From NCBI GenBank assembly GCA_039188455.1, contig JBCCZA010000001.1, positions 1 through 61,227 of the forward strand: a stretch of DNA of 61,227 nt, written 5' to 3'. The notes below the pieces were generated by a model that saw only the letters and a program-made list of their open reading frames with translations, was not told the origin of the DNA and did no database searches. This DNA comes from Planctomycetota bacterium (lineage in GTDB: Bacteria > Planctomycetota > Phycisphaerae > Phycisphaerales > Phycisphaeraceae). Positions 28,078 to 37,031 of this stretch are shown here, piece by piece (positions within the stretch are counted from its first letter, which is position 1; each line of letters starts with the position of its first letter). The translations under genes were made by a program, and so were the position numbers.

Positions 28078-29045
28078 GCGGTCTTGCCTCCTCCGGTCCA
28101 GCCCTGCACGCGAAGCAGTGTCTGGAACTGACCGATCCGCTCGGCGGCCGTCGAGGATCCGCCCAGCGGCAGCGAAGCCCGCACGACACGCGCAGCGCCC
28201 ACGAACAAGTCCAGCCCACGCAGCCACGCGGACGCCCACCGCCCGTAGCACGCGCGCTGCACCTCGTACCGCGCGAGCCACCGAAGCCGGCTGAAGCGAT
28301 CATCGCCGACCGACGCCGGCGCCGACGAACCGCCGCCAAGGTGCGTGATCGATCCCGAGGGGTCGTACCGCACGCGCATCCCGAACTTGCGAGCACGGTG
28401 GCAGACCTCGATATCTTCGCCGTAGAAGAAGAACCGTTCATCGAGCAGACCGTGCTCATCGACGAACGAGCGTCGCAAGAGCATGAACGCTCCGCCAACC
28501 CAGTCGACATCGCGCGCGGTGCCGCGCCGGTCCCACTCGAGGTCCTCGGTGTCGGCCCAGCCGAACAGCGCCGGCAGGTACCAAGGCAGGCCCAGGGACT
28601 GCGCAGTCAGGCGAGCGGGCGTGGGGAAGCGGCGGGTAATGTTCTGCACCTCGCCGTCGGCTTCTAGCAGCAGACAGCTAAGGATCGCGATGTCGGGCTC
28701 GGCGTTTAGCGCTTGGACGGCCGCGTCGAGGCAGCCGGGGTGAACGACGGTGTCGCTGTTGAGAAGGAGGACGGCATCGCCGGGTCGGCAATAGCGCAGG
28801 CCGTAGTTGTTGCCGCCGGAGAATCCCAGATTGTCAGGGGCGCGCTCGAGGGTTGCCCAGTCGCCCCAGCCGCGATGTTCGATCGCCTGCTCGATGGCGT
28901 CGTCGGACCCGTCACCCGACGCGTTGTCAACGACGATCACGAAAGCGTCCACGCCGGTGTCGCGTTCGGCGGCCAGGGACGCCAGGCAGTCGATCGTCAG
29001 GTCCGCGGTGCGGAAGTTGATAATCACAATGCTCAACGCAGTCAC
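28074..29045 (-). CDS. glycosyltransferase family 2
   Basis: LSIVIINFRTADLTIDCLASL, VIVVDNASGDGS, NLGFSGGNNYG, LLLNSDTVV (typical GT2 blocks). GTG 29045 in a GTGA overlap. Confidence 0.8.
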   Translation of the reverse strand: MTALSIVIINFRTADLTIDCLASLAAERDTGVDAFVIVVDNASGDGSDDAIEQAIEHRGWGDWATLERAPDNLGFSGGNNYGLRYCRPGDAVLLLNSDTVVHPGCLDAAVQALNAEPDIAILSCLLLEADGEVQNITRRFPTPARLTAQSLGLPWYLPALFGWADTEDLEWDRRGTARDVDWVGGAFMLLRRSFVDEHGLLDERFFFYGEDIEVCHRARKFGMRVRYDPSGSITHLGGGSSAPASVGDDRFSRLRWLARYEVQRACYGRWASAWLRGLDLFVGAARVVRASLPLGGSSTAAERIGQFQTLLRVQGWTGGGKTA

Positions 29046-30436
29046 AGCTTGGCTCCTCCCGCAAGGCTGACGTCCGTGCGCGCCGGCAGCGTCTGCTTGC
29101 CTTTCGCTTCTGTCGTCCGGTTCAACTTCTCCACCGACCTCAGACCGGCCGCCGTGCAGCTTGCCAGCCCCCCCAGCCCCATCAGGAAGATTGGGTTATA
29201 CATGGCGTTCAGCAGCATGTCGAGGGTAAAAGTCAGCACGCATAGCAGCACCGCCAGCAGGGCGGCCAGAGGCGGGGAGAGCAGGGCCCGCCTGGGCCAA
29301 TTCGCCAGCGGCACGATGACCGGCAGGGTCATCGCGGCCATGAAGGCGCTGAGCCCGACGACGCCGTAGCTGCCCAGCGCAATCGACCAGTACGAGTCGG
29401 GGATCACCTTGTGGCCGTCGACGATCTGGCCGACAAACTTGAAACGTCCGGCCCCGAGCATCCAGTCGCCGCCGAGCAGCCGCCAGACCAGCATCTCGCT
29501 TTCGAAACGTGTCCGCAGTGACGCGGCACGGTCCTCGCTGATCAGCGTGGCGAGCTGGACGAGATGTTCGCCGTGGTAGTTGAGGGCGGTGCGTATCGTC
29601 ACGTACGCCGGCGGGACCGCGGCGGCGACGATCGCCGGCCATGCCATCCGCCACGACTTGGCCAGCTCGAACAAGCCGATCGCGAATACACCCAGCAGCG
29701 TCGCGCCCGTCGAACGACACCACACCGACGTAAACGCCAACGCCAGACAGAGCATCGAGCCGCGGCTGACAAGTCGTATCGGTCCAAAACGACCGAGCCG
29801 CCACAGCACGTACGCCGAGATCGTGCCGGCCCACATGAAGACACCGACCATCAGCCCGTGCTGCATAAACACCATCGGTCGCCAGCCACCAAACCGATAT
29901 GCCTGCAACATGCTGGCCTGGTTGAACCCGTACACCCAGCGATGAAACGACGGGCTCATCCGACCTTCGTAAATGCACAGCGGCATGTACGCACAAGCGC
30001 CGATCACCAGGCCCCAGGCCACGTCCTCGAAGTCGCTCGGCTTGCGCAGGTAATAACGCCCGATGAAGTACGGCATGCCCCAGAGCGTGATCTGACGCAG
30101 CATGTTCGATAAGCCGTCGTACGCGCCGAACCCACCGCTGATCGACGAGGCCATCGGCAGCAGGCACCAGGCGATCATTGGCAGGTCGATCAGGCGCAGC
30201 CGAAAGGACCGCAGCCCGTTGAGATCGAACAGCACGATGCCCAGGAGGATGCCGTAGATCGTGGCGGTGACCTTGCCGTAGTCGGGCAGCAGCGGCACCT
30301 CGATGTCGGCCACGGGCAGGAACAGCCAGGCGATGAGAAAGCCGGTGATCGCCGCGCGTCGGCCCGTCATGAGGAAAAACAGGCCGAGCACGATCGGCAC
30401 CCACGCGTACAACGCCAGGTTCACGAACGCCGTCAC
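29042..30436 (-). CDS. O-antigen ligase/polymerase family membrane protein (Wzy-like)
   Basis: About 11 TM helices with a large loop, plus a CRSTGATLLGVFAIGLFEL segment resembling the Wzy_C block. Start set to GTG 30436 (V28), a GTGA overlap with the upstream stop. Confidence 0.65.
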   Translation of the reverse strand: MTAFVNLALYAWVPIVLGLFFLMTGRRAAITGFLIAWLFLPVADIEVPLLPDYGKVTATIYGILLGIVLFDLNGLRSFRLRLIDLPMIAWCLLPMASSISGGFGAYDGLSNMLRQITLWGMPYFIGRYYLRKPSDFEDVAWGLVIGACAYMPLCIYEGRMSPSFHRWVYGFNQASMLQAYRFGGWRPMVFMQHGLMVGVFMWAGTISAYVLWRLGRFGPIRLVSRGSMLCLALAFTSVWCRSTGATLLGVFAIGLFELAKSWRMAWPAIVAAAVPPAYVTIRTALNYHGEHLVQLATLISEDRAASLRTRFESEMLVWRLLGGDWMLGAGRFKFVGQIVDGHKVIPDSYWSIALGSYGVVGLSAFMAAMTLPVIVPLANWPRRALLSPPLAALLAVLLCVLTFTLDMLLNAMYNPIFLMGLGGLASCTAAGLRSVEKLNRTTEAKGKQTLPARTDVSLAGGAKL

Positions 30437-31557
30437 GCCGCGCCTCCCGTCACACTCGATCGGGAGTCGGCCACGCGGCGCAACGCCGACTCGAACCGAT
30501 CGCACAACGCCGGCCACGCATACCCCTCGGCCGTCGCGCGGGCTTGGCGGCGTCGGTCACGCCATGCCGCGTCGTCCAGTGTGGTCAACGCGTTCATCGC
30601 CTCGGCCATCGCGCCCGGGTCATCGACGTCGACCCGCCACCCACCGCCGGGCTCGATCGCTTCACGACCCACGCCCGCGTCGGTACCGATGACGGGTGTT
30701 CCGCTCGCCATCGCTTCGAGCACCGGGAGCCCGAAACCCTCGCAGCGGCTGGGGTACAGCCACGCGTCGCACGAGCGATACAGTTCGGCGATCCGCGCCT
30801 GGGCGGGGCGATGCTCGAACGCGTCGATCACGTCGGCGTGTGCGTCACCGGGTGTCTCGTGGCCGAATGTGATCAGCCGTAAGCCGTCCGATGCGCCGAT
30901 CGCTGCGCGATGCCGACGGACGGCATCGATCGCGATGTCCGCGCCCTTGAACGCCGCGCGCGAGTACATCATGCCGACGGTTTGGGTGCGCGAGGTCTGA
31001 GTGTCGAGCGGATGGAACAACTCCAGGTCGACGCCGTTCGGGCAGAGCTCAACGTCGTTGTGCTCGAACTCTTCGTGAGCGACTTCCGCCAGCCACGGCG
31101 ACACCACCAGCCGCGGGCCGGGCAGCCGCCAGGCCTCGGCGACCTGCTCGGCGAGCATCGGTGTGACAACCCGCTCGTCGTGCTGGACGAAGTGCACCTG
31201 CCGGCCGCACGCCGCGGGCAGCCGGGCGGCGTGCACGGCCGTGGTCCATAGGGTCGTCACCAGCACATCGGCGTCTCCGACCCGCGCCGCCGTGAGCTGG
31301 GATGGCTCGGTGAGGTCGAGCCGCTGAGCGTCGAGTTCATCGAGGTGCGACGGCTCGGGGCGACGCACGTCGAACCGGCCGCGGCTCCAGTCTTTGAGCT
31401 TCCACTTGAGGCTGCGCTGTCGGTAAGGCACCGTGACGATCCGCACGCGGTGCCCGCGCCTGGCGAGCGACGCGGCGTACACGGCGATCACCCTTACGCC
31501 ACCGCTAAGGTTGGCCGGCGGGCAGACAAACGTGATGGTCAGAGCCCGGTCGCTCAT
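30433..31557 (-). CDS. glycosyltransferase family 4 (GT-B)
   Basis: ITFVCPPANLSGGVRVI, WLYPSRCEGFGLPVLEAMASGTPVIGTD. ATG 31557 in an ATGA overlap with the upstream stop. Confidence 0.8.
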   Translation of the reverse strand: MSDRALTITFVCPPANLSGGVRVIAVYAASLARRGHRVRIVTVPYRQRSLKWKLKDWSRGRFDVRRPEPSHLDELDAQRLDLTEPSQLTAARVGDADVLVTTLWTTAVHAARLPAACGRQVHFVQHDERVVTPMLAEQVAEAWRLPGPRLVVSPWLAEVAHEEFEHNDVELCPNGVDLELFHPLDTQTSRTQTVGMMYSRAAFKGADIAIDAVRRHRAAIGASDGLRLITFGHETPGDAHADVIDAFEHRPAQARIAELYRSCDAWLYPSRCEGFGLPVLEAMASGTPVIGTDAGVGREAIEPGGGWRVDVDDPGAMAEAMNALTTLDDAAWRDRRRQARATAEGYAWPALCDRFESALRRVADSRSSVTGGAA

Positions 31558-32528
31558 GCTGTCGCCCCGGCTTTGGCTGACCTGCCGTTGTTCAGCCAAG
31601 CCGACTTGGCCAACCGAAGCCACTCCCCGGCCGACGCGGGGTTCTGGACGACGTAGGGCAGCAGCCGCCTGGCGTAGAGCCGGGCGGTCGTGGCGTCGCT
31701 CTGACGGATCGCCGCCCAGGCGCGGCCGAAGATCAATTCCCGCGCCGCGGTCGCGGCGGACCGCTTGATGCCGGGGCCCTCGTGCTTGGGCTCGACCGGC
31801 GGGTCGTTGCGCATCAGGTCATCGGTCTCGGTCTCGGCGCGCTGCTTGCAGAATCGCTCGACCTGCTCGCCGAACCACGCCAACTCACTGACGGGGCGCG
31901 ACCGCGTCAGCGACGAGTCGTGCAGCCGCGCGACATACGCCAGGTAAGGGCAGTACAGCACGCGCCCGTGGTCGGCGAAGCGGGCGCACATATCGATGTC
32001 GCCACAGGTGCGGAAAAAGCCGCGTGCTCCGCCCGTCTGGCGCATCACCTCGGTGCGGAAAGCGATTGCGCAGTTGTGCCCCGGCACTTCGCCGCCACGC
32101 ATCCGCTCGGTGAAATCGATCGGCTCGGGCGGGTACTCGTCGAGCGTAACCACGTCTCGACCGTCGGACCTGATGAAGGCCATGTAGCCCGAAACGGCGT
32201 CGTACTCGGGGTGGTCGGCGAGGTACTTGGCCTGGGTCGCGACGCGGCCGGTCGGGTACAGATCGTCAGCGTCGCACTTGCTGACGTAGTCGCCGGTGGC
32301 GATCGCCACGCCGTGATTGAACGCGTCTGGCCAGCCCTTGCCGGGGTTGGCGATCGCCTGCACGCGCGGGTCGTTGCGTCGCCGAACGACGTCCATCGAG
32401 CCGTCGGTTGAGCCGTCGTCGATCGCGAGGACTTCGAGGTCCTCGTAGTCCTGTGAGAGGATCGAGTCGACGGTCTGGCCGACGTAGTCGGCCATGTTCT
32501 TCATCGGGATGACGATTGTGAAGCGCAA
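31554..32528 (-). CDS. glycosyltransferase family 2
   Basis: (L)RFTIVIPMKNMADYVGQTVDSILSQDYEDLEVLAIDDGSTDGS, KCDADD (DxD). TTG 32528 is preceded by GGAGAG. Confidence 0.8.
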   Translation of the reverse strand: MRFTIVIPMKNMADYVGQTVDSILSQDYEDLEVLAIDDGSTDGSMDVVRRRNDPRVQAIANPGKGWPDAFNHGVAIATGDYVSKCDADDLYPTGRVATQAKYLADHPEYDAVSGYMAFIRSDGRDVVTLDEYPPEPIDFTERMRGGEVPGHNCAIAFRTEVMRQTGGARGFFRTCGDIDMCARFADHGRVLYCPYLAYVARLHDSSLTRSRPVSELAWFGEQVERFCKQRAETETDDLMRNDPPVEPKHEGPGIKRSAATAARELIFGRAWAAIRQSDATTARLYARRLLPYVVQNPASAGEWLRLAKSAWLNNGRSAKAGATA

Positions 32529-32544
32529 GCCGTCTCTCCGTACG

Positions 32545-33993
32545 TCAGGACCACACGCTCCACACCGTCGCCGGCCCGCTGTACGCCGCGAACGCGAACG
32601 CCGCCAGGCTCAGCAACACAAACGGCGCGTCTAGCCAGCGCTGCCAGACCCCCAGTCGGCCCATCGCCGCCGCCATCACCAGATAGCCCGCCGCGGTTGC
32701 GCCCACCACGCCCCCGACAAACCCGTCCGGCCCTGCGGCAAAGAAGCCGATCACCGGCAGGCCGATCCGCAGCACCGAATCGACGATCGTCATCCACAGG
32801 ATCCAGCTCACCTTCCCCAGCGGGATAAAGCAGCCGTTGTACGTTGCGCGCAGCAGCGTGAACATGCCTGCGATCGCCAGCAGCTCGAGCATCGGGCCGG
32901 CCTGCTGGTACCTCGGGTCGTACATCAGCTCGATCAAAGGCTGCGCCACCAGCATCAGCACCGCCATCAACACCCACATCGGCGGGACCACCAGGCGCCG
33001 GAAGCGATGCATGGCCGGCCGGATCCGAGAGGTGTCCCGCCGCGACAGCTCCGCGTAGGCCGGGAACATCACGCTCGTGCACACCTTGCCGACGATCTCG
33101 GTGGGCATCGTCGCCAGCACGAACGCGAGCTGGTAGAAGGCCAGATACGCCACGCCCTCGCCCTCGATCGCCTCGCCGCCGGCACGGTTGAACAACGCGG
33201 GGAGGATCAATCGGTCTGCCTGGAGAGCCAAGAAGGTGAACGCCGTCGACGCTGTGATCCAACGCACGAAGCGATAGATCCACGTCGCCGCCTCGCGCTC
33301 GATGCGGAATCGACTGAGTCGGTCGGACAGCCAAGCGTGGGTCATGATCGTGCGGTACAGGGCCGTCGCCCAGCCGCCGGCGACCAGCGCCCAGATCGTT
33401 GGCGACCACCAAGCCCACGCGATCATCACGCCCACGCCGATCGCGCCGCCGCTGAGGTCCAGGACGGTCAGCTTGCCCAGCTTGATCTTGCGCTGCGCCG
33501 TGAGCATCGCGGGGCTGCGCAGGCCCTGGATGACGGCGGTGAAGCCCGCGACGGGGATCACCCACGTTAGCTCGGGCGTCTCGTAAAGCCACGCCATCGG
33601 CCAAGCGCAGACGCAGGCGATGAACCACAACCCGACGCCGCGGATGGCCTGGACGGTGAAGACGGTGTCGAGGAAGGCGGGGTCGTCGCCGCGCTTGCTC
33701 TGGACGACCGCCGGGCCTAGGCCGATGTCGCTGAACATCGCCAGCCCCTGCATCAGCAGTTGCACGAGCGCCATCACGCCGAACGCTTCGGGAAACAGCA
33801 GTCGCGTGAGGACGAGATTGCCCGCCAGGCGCATGCCTTGGCCTAGGAAGTGGTTGCCGAACGTCCAGGCGGCGCCCGACATCGCCTTGCGGCCGAGTCC
33901 GCCGAGAGACTGCCACGTGCGCGACACGCGACTCACGCCCGGCCACGCGACGCGGGCGTCCACCACACGGGTCTCGTCGGCGCCGACCGTCAC
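32545..33993 (-). CDS. wzx: oligosaccharide flippase (Wzx / MOP superfamily)
   Basis: AAWTFGNHFLGQGMRLAGNLVLTRLLFPEAFGVMALV... with about 12 TM helices, the typical polysaccharide-biosynthesis-protein N-terminus. GTG 33993 in a GTGA overlap. Confidence 0.8.
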   Translation of the reverse strand: MTVGADETRVVDARVAWPGVSRVSRTWQSLGGLGRKAMSGAAWTFGNHFLGQGMRLAGNLVLTRLLFPEAFGVMALVQLLMQGLAMFSDIGLGPAVVQSKRGDDPAFLDTVFTVQAIRGVGLWFIACVCAWPMAWLYETPELTWVIPVAGFTAVIQGLRSPAMLTAQRKIKLGKLTVLDLSGGAIGVGVMIAWAWWSPTIWALVAGGWATALYRTIMTHAWLSDRLSRFRIEREAATWIYRFVRWITASTAFTFLALQADRLILPALFNRAGGEAIEGEGVAYLAFYQLAFVLATMPTEIVGKVCTSVMFPAYAELSRRDTSRIRPAMHRFRRLVVPPMWVLMAVLMLVAQPLIELMYDPRYQQAGPMLELLAIAGMFTLLRATYNGCFIPLGKVSWILWMTIVDSVLRIGLPVIGFFAAGPDGFVGGVVGATAAGYLVMAAAMGRLGVWQRWLDAPFVLLSLAAFAFAAYSGPATVWSVWS

Positions 33994-35405
33994 GCCATCA
34001 TCCTCGCCGCTCGCGGCACTTCAGCGTCGGGCCGGTGAGACGCCGATGACGTGTCATGCAGCGGCATGTCGTAGTCGGGGCGATCGTCGCGTCGGCCGGT
34101 CGCCCAGCGATACACCTCGGCCACCTGTCGCGCCTTGGCGGCCCAGGTGAAATGCGTCGCCACTCGGCTTCGACCGGCCACCGACATCGCCTGCAGCTCC
34201 GACGGGTCAGCCGCCAACGCCGCAAGCCGATCGGCAAACGCTCGGACCAACGCCTCGCGGGTGTCCATCGGGACGGCGTAGCCCGTCGACTCGGTGACCA
34301 ACTCAGCGGGCCCGCCGTAGCCAACGACCAACGGCACGACGCCCATCGCCATCGCCTCGAGCACCACGGCCCCGCCGAACTCGCGGATGCTGGGGAACGC
34401 AAAGACCGCCGAACGCTTCAGCTCTTCGCCGAGTTGCTCGTGCGGCACGCGGCCCAGCAGCCGCACGCCAGCGCCCAGGCCGTGGTCCTCGGCGTAACGC
34501 TTGAGGCCATCGAACAGCGGGCCGTCGCCGGCGTAGGTCAACTCGACGCGCCCGTCGCGGATCAGGTCGGCCGCGGCTTCGAGGAGGACGTCGGGCCCCT
34601 TGTAGGGCACCATGCGCCCGACGAAGATGATGCGCAGCGGATCGCCGGCAAACCGATCGGCCGGCTCGTCGATCGCGTCCGCCGACCGATCAAGGTCCGG
34701 GAAGCGAGCGGGATCGACCGCGTTTTCCGGGATGTACACGAGCTTGCCGTGAGTCGATGCCGGCATGAGGCGATGCGTGTCGGTCGAGCCAACGATCACG
34801 GCGGTGGCGTTGCGGAAGGTCGCGCCGTGCCCGGGCAGCAGGCGATGTAGCGGGCGGACATAGCTCAGCCACTCGCGCTCGGCGCGGCGTACGTGGTCGT
34901 ACTCCTTGGGCCACGGCACGCCGCCGTTGAGCGGCCCCATGACGAACGGCACGCCGATCGACTTGCATCGCTTGGCGAGCGAGCTGTTGACCGTCGGGCT
35001 CAACGGCGTGATGCGGTGCACGAGGTCGTACTTGCCCGCGCGGAGGTCGTCACCGAAAGTCGCCCAGACCTGACGCTCGAAGTAGGGGTATGAGAGCGCG
35101 GTCGCGGCCATGATCATCGTCCACCCGACCCCCTTGCCGCCGCGCAGCTTGTTGGCCAGGTTGTACAGCGGCTTGGCGAGTCTCTCCGAGTCGATCGCGG
35201 TGAAGTCTTCCCCCTCGACCATACCGGCCCGCAGGAAGGCTTCGCGGTTGCGGACTTGGGTGACGACGTGAGCGTCGATATCAGCCCGCTGCGCGATGGC
35301 CCGGCTGTGCGACCAGCCCTCCAGAGGGACACTGACCCACTCGGGGTTCGCCTGTTCGGCGATGAGCAGGGCTCGGATCGGTCGGCCGTTGCGCGTATCA
35401 GCCAT
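33990..35405 (-). CDS. glycosyltransferase family 4 (GT-B)
   Basis: Start ATG 35405 (MADTRNGRPIRALLIAEQ). FAFPSIREFGGAVVLEAMAMGVVPLVVGYGG (EX7E). 8-nt overlap with the upstream gene. Confidence 0.75.
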   Translation of the reverse strand: MADTRNGRPIRALLIAEQANPEWVSVPLEGWSHSRAIAQRADIDAHVVTQVRNREAFLRAGMVEGEDFTAIDSERLAKPLYNLANKLRGGKGVGWTMIMAATALSYPYFERQVWATFGDDLRAGKYDLVHRITPLSPTVNSSLAKRCKSIGVPFVMGPLNGGVPWPKEYDHVRRAEREWLSYVRPLHRLLPGHGATFRNATAVIVGSTDTHRLMPASTHGKLVYIPENAVDPARFPDLDRSADAIDEPADRFAGDPLRIIFVGRMVPYKGPDVLLEAAADLIRDGRVELTYAGDGPLFDGLKRYAEDHGLGAGVRLLGRVPHEQLGEELKRSAVFAFPSIREFGGAVVLEAMAMGVVPLVVGYGGPAELVTESTGYAVPMDTREALVRAFADRLAALAADPSELQAMSVAGRSRVATHFTWAAKARQVAEVYRWATGRRDDRPDYDMPLHDTSSASHRPDAEVPRAARMMA

Positions 35406-36756
35406 CGGTGGGCTCCTCGGCCGGCAGGCCCGCGAGGCGACGCTCGATCGCGCCGACGACCCGATCGGCCACGATCGCCGTATCGAACTCTCGGGCCCCA
35501 CGCCGCTTGGCCGCCTCGCTCACGGATAGCCAACGCTGCGGGTCGGCGATCAGGCCCTCGACCGCGTCGGCGATCGCGTCGCCGTCCTCTTGCGGGACGA
35601 GTCGGCCGTCGACGCCGTCCGCGATCATCTGCGGCGTTCCCCCAATCACCGTCGCCACCGCCGGCAACCCCGACGCCATCGCTTCGCACAGCGCGACCGG
35701 CGACGCCTCACCCTGGCCGATGCTGGGCAGGACGAACACGTGCGCCTCACGCAACGCCGCCAGCACACCCGCCTCGTCTTTCGCGCCGTGGAACGTCACA
35801 CGCTCGGCGACGCCCATCTCGGCAACCTCGGTCTGCAACGTCGTGAGATAGTCGCCCGACCCCACCACGTCGTATCGCACGTCCACCCCGCGATCAGCCA
35901 GAAGACGCACGGCTTGGAACGCGTAGCGATGCCCCTTGGTGTAGTTCAGCCGGGCGACGGTGAGCATGCGTACCGCTTCGCCGGGTCGCGGTGGCACGCG
36001 CTCGATAGCGCCGAAGCGGTCGGCGTCGACGCCGAGCCAGGTCGTGAGGAGGCGATCGTCATCGATGCGGATGCGGTCGCGCAGCTCGTCGGCGTTGTTC
36101 TCGGCCGCGGGGACCAGCAGCGCGGCGTGCCGGGTCTTGCTGAGGTGATCGACGCCGTAGACGTCGAGGTCGCCGCCGAGCCGCAGGCCGTAAGCCGGGC
36201 CACCGAGCAGCCGGCTCATGGTCACGAGGTGGGCGGCCTCGGCGAAAGAGTGCACCAGCAGGAAGTCCATCCGCTCGGCCCGGCATCGCGCGGCCAACCC
36301 CGCCGCCAGCACGATCATCGGCAGGCGCTTGAACCGCTTGGCCCAGCCGCTTTCTTTGCACCTCATGAGATAGCCGATCGCTCGCCACCCGCGGGTCAGC
36401 AGGCTCGGCGTGCCACGCAAGACCCACTTGGCCGATGGCGGCCACACGTAATACGTCCCCTCCGCCGCCTCGAGCAGAAAGGGGTGAACGCCCGCGGTGT
36501 CGGTGGGTCGCTTGGTCGAGATCGGCACCACCTTGATGCCGCGCCGAGCGATCGCCCGGCCCAAACGCCACATCGCCACGTGCGTCTGCCCGGGGAAGTC
36601 GGTGATCAGCAGCCCCATGATGCGCAGCTGTTTCGCGGCGTCGCCCGACGATCGGGCTGGCGTCGGCTTGGAGGTCGATGCGGCGTGATCGATCGCCTTG
36701 GCCGTCGCGGTGGCACCGCCGGCGGACCGAGCCTCATCGACGCACGGCAACTGCAT
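35398..36756 (-). CDS. glycosyltransferase family 4 (GT-B); first gene of the operon
   Basis: FVLPSIGQGEASPVALCEAMASGLPAVATVIGG (EX7E). Start set to ATG 36756 (GGAGAG 8 nt upstream); ATG 36618 (MGLLITDF) is an alternative. The longest ORF (to 37110) would run through the terminator and into the next gene. Confidence 0.75.
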   Translation of the reverse strand: MQLPCVDEARSAGGATATAKAIDHAASTSKPTPARSSGDAAKQLRIMGLLITDFPGQTHVAMWRLGRAIARRGIKVVPISTKRPTDTAGVHPFLLEAAEGTYYVWPPSAKWVLRGTPSLLTRGWRAIGYLMRCKESGWAKRFKRLPMIVLAAGLAARCRAERMDFLLVHSFAEAAHLVTMSRLLGGPAYGLRLGGDLDVYGVDHLSKTRHAALLVPAAENNADELRDRIRIDDDRLLTTWLGVDADRFGAIERVPPRPGEAVRMLTVARLNYTKGHRYAFQAVRLLADRGVDVRYDVVGSGDYLTTLQTEVAEMGVAERVTFHGAKDEAGVLAALREAHVFVLPSIGQGEASPVALCEAMASGLPAVATVIGGTPQMIADGVDGRLVPQEDGDAIADAVEGLIADPQRWLSVSEAAKRRGAREFDTAIVADRVVGAIERRLAGLPAEEPTDG

Positions 36757-36857
36757 CACCTCGTCTCTCCAAATCGCCGCGGTGCCCCGCGACGCCCCTA
36801 ACGTTGTCTCGCTTGCCCTCACGGCTTGGAGCGGACTTCTCCGCAGCCGGCAGCACG

Positions 36858-36885
36858 ATAGTAAGCCACTGCGAGCAACTCGCAA
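36858..36885 (-). promoter_or_regulatory. candidate sigma70-like promoter of the polysaccharide operon
   Basis: The minus strand reads TTGCGA-16 nt-TACTAT about 95 nt upstream of ATG 36756. A 6-bp inverted repeat TGCGAG-TTG-CTCGCA (36870..36884) overlaps the -35. Weak hexamer matches, and the promoter consensus for this lineage is unknown. Confidence 0.2.
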
Positions 36886-36970
36886 GGATCGCGGTTCTCG
36901 ACCCCGCCCGGCGGGTCCGTCTTGGCCGCGCGACCGGCACTCCCCGCCCAGTTTCTCGGGTGCCGACCCG

Positions 36971-37003
36971 AAACGAAAACCGCCCGAGCCGGGGCTCGGG
37001 CGG
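36971..37003 (-). terminator. rho-independent terminator after the 990-aa secreted protein gene
   Basis: Minus strand: CCGCCCGAGCC-CC-GGCTCGGGCGG (11-bp perfect GC-rich stem, 36980..37003) followed by TTTTCGTTT (36971..36979), 28 nt after the TGA at 37032. Confidence 0.6.
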
Positions 37004-37031
37004 TCGAGGGTGGGTTGTAAGGATGAGTTGA

